Shown here: positions 1 to 9,413 of the stretch, piece after piece
How the letters are laid out: the number at the start of each line of letters is the position of its first letter
How positions within the stretch are numbered: position 1 is the first letter of the stretch
Source of the DNA: Candidatus Poribacteria bacterium
GTDB taxonomy: Bacteria > Poribacteria > WGA-4E > WGA-3G
Direction: 5' to 3'
Assembly: GCA_965214095.1 (NCBI GenBank)
Contig: OZ243938.1
Span: 4,352,001-4,416,000, forward strand
DNA length: 64,000 nt
The notes under the pieces: generated by a model
Told to the model about the DNA's origin: nothing
Database searches by the model: none
The model's input: only the letters and a program-made list of their open reading frames with translations
Translations under genes and position numbers: made by a program

Positions 1-2079
1 GGTAAAAGCATCACTAGTGCCGGTAATTCTGTTGTTGTTTGGAATGTTAAGAATGGCGAAAGAGTTACATCCTTTTCAAAACATACTGGTTGGGTTATGG
101 AGGCAGCATTTTCCGCAGATGGAACAACCATCGTCAGCGGAGGACTTGAAGATGGAACACTCTATGTCAATGAAATAGAAAAATCAAAATTATCAATAGG
201 TGATCCGAATACCGTCCGCTTAATCTACTTTCTGCCAAGTGACCTTTCACCACAACCAGATATAGACAAAAAGTTAGACAAATTAATTAAAAACGTTCAG
301 AACGTTTACGCTTCACAGATGGAATACCATGGATTCGGTAGAAAGACCTTTAAGATTGAAACTAACTCCACCGGTAAAGTTGTAGTACATCACGTGAAGG
401 GGCAATACAAGGATGCATATTATCAGAAGGAGTCAAGTAAAATTTGGGACGAAATTGATAAGCGATTTGACGTTTATAACAACATCTATCTGGCTGCTTT
501 AGATAGTAGTTCTGATGTCCTTGATGGTTTCGCATCTGGGTTTGGTATACCAACTGGTGATTTTGGTGGCAAAGTTGTAATTCCTGCTTCTAGTTCCAGT
601 TCTTATGATACGGCAGTGACCGTTCACGAACTTGGACATGCATTTGGTTTAGTACATGACTATCGCAATAATTTGAAGACATGGGTAGATGAGTTTATAA
701 ATGAACCTATGACAACATCTCTCTGTGCAGCACAATGGTTGGATGTACATCATTATTTTAACACAAGAGAATATGGTAAAAATCTACTTACGACCATTAA
801 GGCGGTATCTGCAAATCGCATAGAGAAAACTAATTCAGTCCGCTTTATATTTGATATAACTGATCTTGATGGACTGCATCAAGCACAATTCTTAATACCA
901 GAATCTCATGAATCACCATTTCAAAAATTGCATGATTTTAAAGTCTTGAATGGTCAGAAAGACACAGTCGAATTTATCACCACACAATTGACACCTAATA
1001 CTAAATCTATAACGATTCAAATCATTGATAAAATCGGGTTTTACACTAAGAAAAAGTTTACAATTAGGACGAATTCTCTACTGCCTTCACCCAAAGTTGT
1101 GTCCATACCGGATGTCAAATTAGCCGCTGCCGTTCGTACAGCATTAAACCTACCCCATGGAAAACGAATCACACAGTTGGATATGCTAAACTTGTATGGA
1201 CTCAATCCTAATGGAGATTTTGATGTTAGCAATCATCAGATTACCAACCTTACTGGAATTGAACATGCAACGAATCTAACAAGTTTGAATCTCAGTATGA
1301 ATGAGATTAACAACATACATCGGCTTGTACAATTGAAGAACTTGCGTGTTTTGAAGATCGATAATAATCAAATCAGGAACATAAAACCACTCATAAAAAT
1401 GACAAACTTAAAAGAAGTATCGCTAAGAGGGAACCCAATTGAAGATGTCTCACCTATTCGTACCTTACTTAAGGAAAAGCCTGATATTCACCATGATATT
1501 TGGCATCTCATCTACGATGTTGAAAAAATTACTGGTCCTTGGCTTTGGATGTTTGCCCCAACAAGTGAAGGAGAAGGCGGTGCAAGCTCCATTGACGTTG
1601 ATTCACTTTCCACCTTGAGCAAAGGAGTTGTCACTGAAGATATTGTTTCAAGAAAAGGAGCCAGAGTACGCGGTTTTGTTGGTAAACGTTCTTGGATTCA
1701 GGAAAGAATCACGGACGACAACGACGATAATATCAACAAACTTGTGAATAGAAAACGTATAATAGATACAAGTAACCCAAAACATAAATACTACTCAAAG
1801 TATACTAAAGATTATACTGCATACGCCCTTATCACACTTAAGTCTGCCTCTGCTCAATCTGATGTATTGATGTTCGTTGGCAGTGATGATGCTATTAAAG
1901 TGTGGTTAAACGGTAATGTGGTGTACAAAAATGCTATCAATCAAGGAGCAAAAGACTTTCAAAATAGTTTCAAAGTAGATTTAAATGCAGGTAATAATCT
2001 ATTATTGGTTAAGGTCAGCCAGAGTGGTTATAAATGGAGTATGTTTGTAGGTATTAATGCAGATGTAACCACTAAATAA
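1..2079 (+). CDS. Modular protein, 5'-partial: WD40 repeats + zinc metallopeptidase (HELGHAFGLVH) + LRR + C-terminal beta-sandwich domain
   Basis: Frame open from base 1 (GKSITSAGNSVVVWNV...HTGWV, WD40-like); HExxHxxGxxH motif; internalin-like LRRs; C-terminal GSDDAIKVWLNG domain. Confidence 0.8.
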   Translation, partial: GKSITSAGNSVVVWNVKNGERVTSFSKHTGWVMEAAFSADGTTIVSGGLEDGTLYVNEIEKSKLSIGDPNTVRLIYFLPSDLSPQPDIDKKLDKLIKNVQNVYASQMEYHGFGRKTFKIETNSTGKVVVHHVKGQYKDAYYQKESSKIWDEIDKRFDVYNNIYLAALDSSSDVLDGFASGFGIPTGDFGGKVVIPASSSSSYDTAVTVHELGHAFGLVHDYRNNLKTWVDEFINEPMTTSLCAAQWLDVHHYFNTREYGKNLLTTIKAVSANRIEKTNSVRFIFDITDLDGLHQAQFLIPESHESPFQKLHDFKVLNGQKDTVEFITTQLTPNTKSITIQIIDKIGFYTKKKFTIRTNSLLPSPKVVSIPDVKLAAAVRTALNLPHGKRITQLDMLNLYGLNPNGDFDVSNHQITNLTGIEHATNLTSLNLSMNEINNIHRLVQLKNLRVLKIDNNQIRNIKPLIKMTNLKEVSLRGNPIEDVSPIRTLLKEKPDIHHDIWHLIYDVEKITGPWLWMFAPTSEGEGGASSIDVDSLSTLSKGVVTEDIVSRKGARVRGFVGKRSWIQERITDDNDDNINKLVNRKRIIDTSNPKHKYYSKYTKDYTAYALITLKSASAQSDVLMFVGSDDAIKVWLNGNVVYKNAINQGAKDFQNSFKVDLNAGNNLLLVKVSQSGYKWSMFVGINADVTTK

Positions 2080-2090
2080 CGGAGATTGAA

Positions 2091-4487
2091 ATGTCAATTA
2101 AGGTGAATGAGTTTCAAATTCTGAATGCAGATGATGACGAATTGATGCGGATAAGCCGAGAAGGAACACTATCACTCAATTTGGATGAAATGCATGCAAT
2201 ACAGAAACATTTTGCTGAACTCCAACGTAACCCTACCGATGTAGAACTTGAAACCATCGCTCAAACATGGTCTGAGCATTGTGTTCACAAGACATTCAAA
2301 AGCCTTATCCTCTATTCAGAAGATGGCAAGGAAACAGAAGAAATTGATGGCTTGTTTCCAACATACATTCAACGTGCAACGGAAGTGATAGACAAACCGT
2401 GGTGTGTTTCGGTCTTTTCTGACAATGCAGGAATTATTGAATTTGATGAAAAATACAATTTAGTATTCAAGGTAGAAACTCATAATCACCCCTCCGCAAT
2501 AGAACCTTACGGTGGTGCAGGAACAGGGATTGGTGGGGTTATCAGAGATTCTCTCGGAACAGGACTTGGTGCAAAACCAATCTTAAACACAGATGTATTC
2601 TGTTTCGGTTTGCCAGATACTCCCTACGATAAATTACCAAAAGGAACTCTCCATCCGAAGCGCGTATTTAATGGCGTTGTTGCAGGTGTTCGTGATTACG
2701 GCAACCGAATGGGTATTCCAACGGCAAACGGTGCAATCTTATTTGACTCACGTTATACCGCAAACCCTCTGGTTTTCTGTGGCAACGTGGGACTCATCCC
2801 AAGAGATAGATGTGATAAATCTGTAGAACCTGGCGATTTAATCGTTGCTTTAGGTGGACGCACAGGACGTGATGGGATACACGGTGCAACCTTTTCCTCA
2901 GCAGAACTGGATGATACATCTGAAAACCTTGGAAGTGTTGTGCAAATTGGCAATCCAATTATAGAAAAGAAGATTGTTGATGCCTTACTACAGGCACGAG
3001 ATCAAAACCTGTTCCGCTCCATAACAGATTGTGGAGCAGGCGGGTTCTCATCGGCTGTTGGAGAGATGGGAGAGGATACTGGTGCAGAAGTACATCTGGA
3101 ACGTGTCCCTTTAAAATATGAAGGTCTTGCACCATGGGAAATATGGTTGTCAGAGGCACAAGAAAGAATGGTCATTGCTGTTCCTCCTGATAATTTAGAT
3201 AGACTTCAGGAGATTTGTGACGCTGAGATGGTAGAAGCAACTGTTCTTGGTAGTTTTACAGATTCTCACAGATTGCAGGTCTTATATGAAGGTGAGACGG
3301 TCGCTGATTTAGACATGGACTTTCTACATAAAGGACTACCGCAACATGTGAAGAAAGCAACGTGGCAGATACCTCAGCATAAAGAGATGCAATCACGTGA
3401 TGGTATTGCCGATGACTATGCCGATGACCTATGCCAACTCCTCGCAAGTCCAAATATAGCAAGTAAAGAATCTGTTATCCGTCAATACGACCACGAGGTG
3501 CAGGGTGGAATAGTAATCAAACCATTGGTAGGTGTCAAGAATGATGGTCCAAGTGATGCATGCGTTGCAACCCCAATTATTGGGAGTGAGAAGGCTGTCA
3601 TCGTTTCAAACGGAATCAATCCCAAATATAGTGATGTTGACCCCTATATCAGTGCTGCATCTGCAATAGATGAAGCTCTACGGAACATCGTCGCAGTCGG
3701 TGGAACATTGGAGAAAACTGCACTACTTGATAATTTCTGTTGGGGTAATCCCGACAAACCTGACAGACTTGGTGCGTTAGTTCGTGCTGCAAAGGCATGT
3801 TATGACATTGCAACCGCCTATGGTACCCCCTACATATCGGGTAAAGATAGTCTTTACAATGAATATCGTGATACAACAACAGGTGAACAACGTGCCATTC
3901 CTTCCACGCTACTCATATCCGCAATTTGCGTCATGCCAGACATTTGCAAAGCAGTGACGATGGATGTGAAATCTCCGGTAAATCTCATCTATGCCGTTGG
4001 AAATACATACTTAGAATTGGGTGGTTCTCACTACTTTGCTATACACGATTATATCGGAAATATCGCGCCTATTGTCCGCACAAATGAAGGTAAATTGACA
4101 ATGGAAACACTCAGCTCAGCAATCAACAGAGGTTTAGTCCGTTCTTGTCATGACTGTTCAGAGGGAGGGATAGGCGTTGCAGCTGCTGAAATGGCATTTG
4201 CAGGTGGATATGGAATGTCGTTAAACCTGAGTAATGTGCCTACTGGTGAGGATATATCCTATGATGATTTTCTACTATTCTCCGAATCAAATAGTCGTTT
4301 CCTCGTTGAAATTGAACCTAAAAATCAGACAACATTTGAACATCACATGGAAGGTGTTCCAATCGGTTGTTTAGGTCAAGTGATAGATTCACAAGAGTTT
4401 GTTGTTGACGGAATAACTCAAAACCGTGTCATCAATTCATCGATTGAGACTCTCAAATCTGCATGGCAAACTCCATTGGCTCCGTAA
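2091..4487 (+). CDS. purL: Phosphoribosylformylglycinamidine synthase subunit PurL
   Basis: WSEHCVHK, KVETHNHPSAIEPYGGAGTG, DCGAGG, SEAQERM, SGKDSLYN motifs. Confidence 0.97.
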   Translation: MSIKVNEFQILNADDDELMRISREGTLSLNLDEMHAIQKHFAELQRNPTDVELETIAQTWSEHCVHKTFKSLILYSEDGKETEEIDGLFPTYIQRATEVIDKPWCVSVFSDNAGIIEFDEKYNLVFKVETHNHPSAIEPYGGAGTGIGGVIRDSLGTGLGAKPILNTDVFCFGLPDTPYDKLPKGTLHPKRVFNGVVAGVRDYGNRMGIPTANGAILFDSRYTANPLVFCGNVGLIPRDRCDKSVEPGDLIVALGGRTGRDGIHGATFSSAELDDTSENLGSVVQIGNPIIEKKIVDALLQARDQNLFRSITDCGAGGFSSAVGEMGEDTGAEVHLERVPLKYEGLAPWEIWLSEAQERMVIAVPPDNLDRLQEICDAEMVEATVLGSFTDSHRLQVLYEGETVADLDMDFLHKGLPQHVKKATWQIPQHKEMQSRDGIADDYADDLCQLLASPNIASKESVIRQYDHEVQGGIVIKPLVGVKNDGPSDACVATPIIGSEKAVIVSNGINPKYSDVDPYISAASAIDEALRNIVAVGGTLEKTALLDNFCWGNPDKPDRLGALVRAAKACYDIATAYGTPYISGKDSLYNEYRDTTTGEQRAIPSTLLISAICVMPDICKAVTMDVKSPVNLIYAVGNTYLELGGSHYFAIHDYIGNIAPIVRTNEGKLTMETLSSAINRGLVRSCHDCSEGGIGVAAAEMAFAGGYGMSLNLSNVPTGEDISYDDFLLFSESNSRFLVEIEPKNQTTFEHHMEGVPIGCLGQVIDSQEFVVDGITQNRVINSSIETLKSAWQTPLAP

Positions 4488-4530
4488 CTTTAGCCAAACA
4501 CATGTGTTTAATCAATAAAGGGAGGAAGAT

Positions 4531-5337
4531 GTGAAACCGAATGTGCTTGTCCTACGAACAGCAGGAACAAACTGTGATGTAGAAACAGATGTTGCATTTC
4601 AACTTGCTGGTGCAAAAACCGATTTAGTTCATATTCAGAACCTAATCTCTGGCAATACAGACTTATCCGATTACCAGATACTTGCTATCCCTGGCGGCTT
4701 CTCTTATGGTGATGATATTGCAGCGGGAATACTTCTCGCTGTTGAAATGAAGCATAAGTTGAGAGATGCACTTCATCAATTTGTAGAGAAGAATAAGCTT
4801 ATTATTGGAATCTGCAACGGTTTCCAGGTTCTTGTCAGAACAGGATTATTACCAGGAATTGAAGACATTAAAGAGAAAACAGAATTATCGCAATCGACAA
4901 CCTTAGCTATGAATACATCAGCAAAGTTTGAATGTCGTTGGGTGGAATTAGATACTCAGCAGAGTCCGTGTGTTTTCACTACAGGTATTAAGCCGCAACT
5001 CTATCTCCCAGTCGCACATGCTGAAGGTAGGTTTAATGCACCTAATGAAGTTTTGGCAGAATTGGAATCTAACAAACAGGTGGTATTCCGTTACAGCAAT
5101 GGTAAACAATCTTCATCAAACAATACTGACTATCCATACAATCCCAACGGTTCCGATGCTGATATTGCTGGTATCTGTGATAAAACTGGTAGGATATTCG
5201 GTTTGATGCCACATCCTGAACGGTTTCTGACAAGATACAACCATCCACGGTGGACACGGGAAGACCTTCCTGAAGAAGGAGATGGTCTTGCGATATTCAA
5301 AAACGCTGTTGAATATGTAAAAGCAACTTTTTCATGA
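4531..5337 (+). CDS. purQ: FGAM synthase glutaminase subunit PurQ
   Basis: GTNCD, PGGFSYGD, GICNGFQ, AHAEG, GLMPHPER; GGAGG RBS before GTG. Confidence 0.97.
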   Translation: MKPNVLVLRTAGTNCDVETDVAFQLAGAKTDLVHIQNLISGNTDLSDYQILAIPGGFSYGDDIAAGILLAVEMKHKLRDALHQFVEKNKLIIGICNGFQVLVRTGLLPGIEDIKEKTELSQSTTLAMNTSAKFECRWVELDTQQSPCVFTTGIKPQLYLPVAHAEGRFNAPNEVLAELESNKQVVFRYSNGKQSSSNNTDYPYNPNGSDADIAGICDKTGRIFGLMPHPERFLTRYNHPRWTREDLPEEGDGLAIFKNAVEYVKATFS

Positions 5338-5768
5338 GTAATAAATTATCGCGTAAATTACTTCCTTTCTACATGAAATTGCCTATCTTCTGGGCATTCA
5401 TCATCATAACAATTATTGGACAGGTAATGTGGGTCGCAGCAATATCAAAAGACCCTCGTATTGATTTAAGATGGTTAACTTTTGGATATGCATTTGGAAT
5501 AGTGCTCGGATTTATGCAGGGCAAGTGGACATCACGCCTTTGGCAAAATTCATACCTACAAGTCCTAAGACGAGAGATAACATTCTGGCAGGCAAATGGG
5601 GCAAAGAGCTTAACATATTTCACCTCTTTCGCACTCGGACTACCGGTAGTCGGAATATTCTTGATTGAATCGACAGCAGAATTAGCGGGTATACAATCAT
5701 ACATATTTGGGTTTGTTGGTGGTATGAACATCGCTTTGTTATTATGGGTAAGACGTGTTCCGAAGTGA
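5334..5768 (+). CDS. Hypothetical membrane protein (about 4 TM)
   Basis: Hydrophobic segments; ATGA overlap with purQ stop. Confidence 0.7.
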   Translation: MSNKLSRKLLPFYMKLPIFWAFIIITIIGQVMWVAAISKDPRIDLRWLTFGYAFGIVLGFMQGKWTSRLWQNSYLQVLRREITFWQANGAKSLTYFTSFALGLPVVGIFLIESTAELAGIQSYIFGFVGGMNIALLLWVRRVPK

Positions 5769-5787
5769 TATTTCCTATAGAATACAC

Positions 5788-5817
5788 TTGATTTTTCTAT
5801 ACACAACAAGTTATAAT
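5788..5817 (+). promoter_or_regulatory. Putative sigma70 promoter of the mazE-like gene
   Basis: TTGATT-18 bp-TATAAT, followed by GGAGGA RBS and ATG 5834. Confidence 0.5.
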
Positions 5818-5833
5818 TGATGAACTGGAGGAA

Positions 5834-6241
5834 ATGTGTATGTCTGATGTAAAAATTACCACGCAGGAATGTGTCATATTCTTTGCCTTTCTAAATTATA
5901 TTAAAATGCCAAAAGAGTATCGTGTTTCTATAGAAAAATCTGGTTGCAACGAAGAAATGAAGTCCGCAGTATGCGATAAACCACATCGTCCCGAACCAGT
6001 GCGGAACCGATCGAAGAAACCAGAATATACCTTGGATGACCTTCTTTCACAGATGCCTGAATATAAAGATTTTTTTGAAGCTGTCAAATCCGGTAAATTG
6101 AAACCTCATCGTCCCGAACCAGTACGTACCCGTTCAAAAAATCCAAAATATAGCTTGGATGAACTCTTATCGCAATTGAATGATGACAATAGGCATGAGG
6201 AAGTTGAGACAGGTAGTGCAGTAGGCAACGAGGAATGGTAG
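5834..6241 (+). CDS. mazE: MazE-like antitoxin with duplicated C-terminal segment
   Basis: C-terminus YSLDELLSQLNDDNRHEEVETGSAVGNEEW resembles the MazE/ChpB tail; overlaps a mazF-like start. Confidence 0.65.
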   Translation: MCMSDVKITTQECVIFFAFLNYIKMPKEYRVSIEKSGCNEEMKSAVCDKPHRPEPVRNRSKKPEYTLDDLLSQMPEYKDFFEAVKSGKLKPHRPEPVRTRSKNPKYSLDELLSQLNDDNRHEEVETGSAVGNEEW

Positions 6242-6408
6242 CAAGAACCGATTACATACCAGTACCGGGTGATGTTGTCTGGATTGATTTTGATCCGCAA
6301 GCTGGACATGAACAAGCAGGTCGTCGTCCAGCAGTTACACTTTTCCATCAGTCAATTCCTCCTAAATGTTGCAATCCCGAATGTTCGGGGTTAACACCTT
6401 TTAGTTAG
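6235..6408 (+). pseudogene. mazF: Truncated MazF toxin (57 codons, not in ORF track)
   Basis: Manual translation MVARTDYIPVPGDVVWIDFDPQAGHEQAGRRPAVTL matches the MazF N-terminus, then diverges and stops. Confidence 0.8.
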
Positions 6409-6419
6409 TTTTCATCCAC

Positions 6420-8135
6420 ATGCAACTTGATAAAAATCAGCAGAAAGCCATCAACCACCTATCCGGTCCTGCTATTGTAGTTGCTGGACCGGGAAGTGGA
6501 AAAACCACTGTCGTAACATCCCGAATTCTAAATCTAATCCAAAACCACAACATCCCTCCAACTAATATCCTTGCAATAGCATTTAATAGAAAAGCCGTTG
6601 AAGAGATGGAAAACCGACTATTAAAGCTGCAACCATCTAATAATGGGTTACCAACAATCCGTACACTCCACGCCTTCGGTAAAGACATAGTCTACGCTCA
6701 TTATAAACAAGCTGGATTCAGTCGTCCTCCCGAAATTTGGTCAAGTGAAATAGACCGAATCATCGCACAAGAAAAACGAGAAATAGACCATGCGGCATCT
6801 TCAACCAATGTGGCAATCTATAGAATAGAACAGAATAAGACTGGTAAATGTTACATTGGACAGTCGACTAATCCTGAACGTCGTCGGAGAGAACATTTCA
6901 CACATTCATCAAATGACCGTCTACGTCAAGCAATCCGATCTCAAGGTGAAAATCACTTTACTTTTGAAGTGTTGGAACAGGTGCATGGTATAGACGCAAA
7001 CTCTCGTGAAGCATATTGGATTAGACATCACAGAAACCGTGGTAGCGTGTTCAACCGTGCTGATCCGATGCGATTAAAGTATAGCAATCAACTCATGCTT
7101 GAGATGTTCTGCCAACATTTTGGAATTGAATATACAGATCATCTTGATAGGGATCCTGAGTTTGAAGGCTTAGTAAACAGATTCAACGACATCAAAGAAA
7201 CGGTCATGCGTGGAAAGCGACAGGTAAAAAGAGGTCTCTTTGATGCTAATAGTATAACAAATATCGTCACTCGTGAATTTGCGATGAAGTATGAGGATCA
7301 GAAATCTGCAGCAAACGCTGTTGATTTTGAGGATATGATTATCTATGCTGCGCATCTGTTAGAAACCAATCCTGAAATAAGACAACATTATACGGATAAA
7401 TATCGTTTTGTACTCGTTGATGAATTTCAAGACATCGCTCCAATTGACTTTCGCTTAATATCTCAGTTGTCAGATAATCTGTTTGCTGTCGGTGATGATG
7501 ATCAAGCGATTTATAGTTTCCGTGGTGGTGATTCTCATATAATGCAAAACTTCTCAAACAGACAAGATGTTGTACAATATGAGATTACACGCAACTTTCG
7601 TTCCAATTCAACAATTGTTGAGCATGCAAGAGCATTGATTGAACGTAACGACCCCAGAATACGAAAGAATCTGCGATCATATAACCCACTCAAATCCACA
7701 ATAGAAATCGTTGAAACGACACCCTTTACGATATATGAAATACTTCCGCAGCAACTATCCAAACCTATGGAGACAGCAATCCTTGTCAGAACAAACTATG
7801 AAGTTGGACGAATAGAGGAGATGTTGTCCGATTTTAACTCTCCGCAAGGGATTGAAGTTACAACAATACATAAAGCAAAAGGTCGGGAGTGGAAAAAGGT
7901 TATCCTAATCCACAACACGTTGGACAGACGGTTTCCTCGCAAAGATAATATCATCGCTGAGGAACGCCGTGTGTTCTATGTTGCGATGACACGTGCGAAG
8001 GAGAAGTTGGTCATTCTTGGCGGGAATTGTCAGTTTGTTCCTGAGTTTGAGAAGATTTCGAAGAATGTCAGTTATTATCTTCGGCAGTTGTCATATTGGC
8101 ATGCAAGAAGGAAACTGAAAAAACTTGAGACATGA
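6420..8135 (+). CDS. UvrD/Rep-family helicase with inserted GIY-YIG nuclease domain
   Basis: AGPGSGKT, VDEFQD, VGDDDQAIYSFRG, TIHKAKGREW, YVAMTRA; insert AIYRIEQNKTGKCYIGQSTNPERRRREH. Confidence 0.88.
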   Translation: MQLDKNQQKAINHLSGPAIVVAGPGSGKTTVVTSRILNLIQNHNIPPTNILAIAFNRKAVEEMENRLLKLQPSNNGLPTIRTLHAFGKDIVYAHYKQAGFSRPPEIWSSEIDRIIAQEKREIDHAASSTNVAIYRIEQNKTGKCYIGQSTNPERRRREHFTHSSNDRLRQAIRSQGENHFTFEVLEQVHGIDANSREAYWIRHHRNRGSVFNRADPMRLKYSNQLMLEMFCQHFGIEYTDHLDRDPEFEGLVNRFNDIKETVMRGKRQVKRGLFDANSITNIVTREFAMKYEDQKSAANAVDFEDMIIYAAHLLETNPEIRQHYTDKYRFVLVDEFQDIAPIDFRLISQLSDNLFAVGDDDQAIYSFRGGDSHIMQNFSNRQDVVQYEITRNFRSNSTIVEHARALIERNDPRIRKNLRSYNPLKSTIEIVETTPFTIYEILPQQLSKPMETAILVRTNYEVGRIEEMLSDFNSPQGIEVTTIHKAKGREWKKVILIHNTLDRRFPRKDNIIAEERRVFYVAMTRAKEKLVILGGNCQFVPEFEKISKNVSYYLRQLSYWHARRKLKKLET

Positions 8136-8187
8136 ATGAGAGAATGTGCTATAATCCTAAAAAATTATTGAGTTTACCGTTAACCTA

Positions 8188-9411
8188 ATGCAAAAGAAAC
8201 AACCATCAAATCCACCAGCACGTAATCAGTTCATCTTTCTCACATTCACACATACCATCCTTGACTCTTACGCTACCCTATTTCCACATATACTTCCATT
8301 TATATTGGATAGGTTTGCTTCCGAAGCTAATCGGAATAGTTTTACTGGCGTGCTCATTTCAATTTATAGTATTTTCAGTTCGCTCGGACAGATATTGTTC
8401 GGATGGCTTTCCGATAGGTTTCGTTCAGTTTATTTTATAACATTCGGCGTTGCATTCACTGCAATTGGCTTAAGTCTTGTGGGGATTGCCCCATCAGTAT
8501 GGATTGTCTTTATTTTGTTAGCTCTTGGTGGATTAGGCGTTGCGGCATTCCATCCACAAGCGACTACCTATGCGGGAGCACTCGCAGCGGAAACACGAGG
8601 TATGGGTATCGCAATTTTCCTCACTGGCGGGAATATCGGCCGCGCTCTGGGACCTCTGCTCCTATTAGTGTTACCATATTTTTATGAGGATTTAAACTAT
8701 CTTGCATGGGAAATGCAAATCGGGATACTTGTGGCTATACTGGTACCCATAGTATTAGATTTTGATGATGAACTTGATCTTACAGCATCAGCACGGGTGC
8801 TATCAGACGAAGAAAAAACAGGTCGTCAATCATTTTGGCGTGTTGCAAATCCACACCTTCTTCCACTCATTGTCCTATTTATTATCGCTTCCCTCAGAAC
8901 TGTCACAATTGCAGGTTTAGAGAACTTTCTTTCTGTTTACCTAAAAGATCTTAACTATTCTAATTGGAATCGCTCGTTAGTTATCGGAGTCTTTATCTTT
9001 GCTGGGTCTATGGGTATCATGGGAAGTGGGTGGTTATTGTCCAAAATCAACACTTTGGTATTATTGCTGTTATCGCTTGTTTTAGCACCACCATTACTCT
9101 TGGCATCCCTTCATACAGATGGTATCATCTTCCTTGTGTTGCTCTTTTTAGGTAATATGGTTCTTACAAGTTCAGTTACAATCAACATTATATTGGCGCA
9201 AATGATGTTGCGGGGTCATGAGAGTATCGCAGCAAGTTTTATGATGGGTGCTTCATGGGGTGTTGGTGGGTTGTTGAATTTAATTGTTGGTGAATTGGGT
9301 GATAAATATGGATTACCTATTGTGCTTGATGGTTTGGTAATGGTCCCTCTCCTCATCTCTCCATTGATACTTATATTGCAAAAGCAACCGGATTTATCAA
9401 AAACAGAATGA
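8188..9411 (+). CDS. MFS transporter (Fsr-like)
   Basis: About 12 TM; GWLSDRF motif A; GVAAFHPQA. Confidence 0.85.
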   Translation: MQKKQPSNPPARNQFIFLTFTHTILDSYATLFPHILPFILDRFASEANRNSFTGVLISIYSIFSSLGQILFGWLSDRFRSVYFITFGVAFTAIGLSLVGIAPSVWIVFILLALGGLGVAAFHPQATTYAGALAAETRGMGIAIFLTGGNIGRALGPLLLLVLPYFYEDLNYLAWEMQIGILVAILVPIVLDFDDELDLTASARVLSDEEKTGRQSFWRVANPHLLPLIVLFIIASLRTVTIAGLENFLSVYLKDLNYSNWNRSLVIGVFIFAGSMGIMGSGWLLSKINTLVLLLLSLVLAPPLLLASLHTDGIIFLVLLFLGNMVLTSSVTINIILAQMMLRGHESIAASFMMGASWGVGGLLNLIVGELGDKYGLPIVLDGLVMVPLLISPLILILQKQPDLSKTE

Positions 9412-9413
9412 GA

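Noticed and set aside
6807-7065. Intein in the helicase
   Set aside because: No recognisable N-terminal Cys/Ser splicing block or His-Asn + Cys/Ser/Thr junction around the GIY-YIG insert
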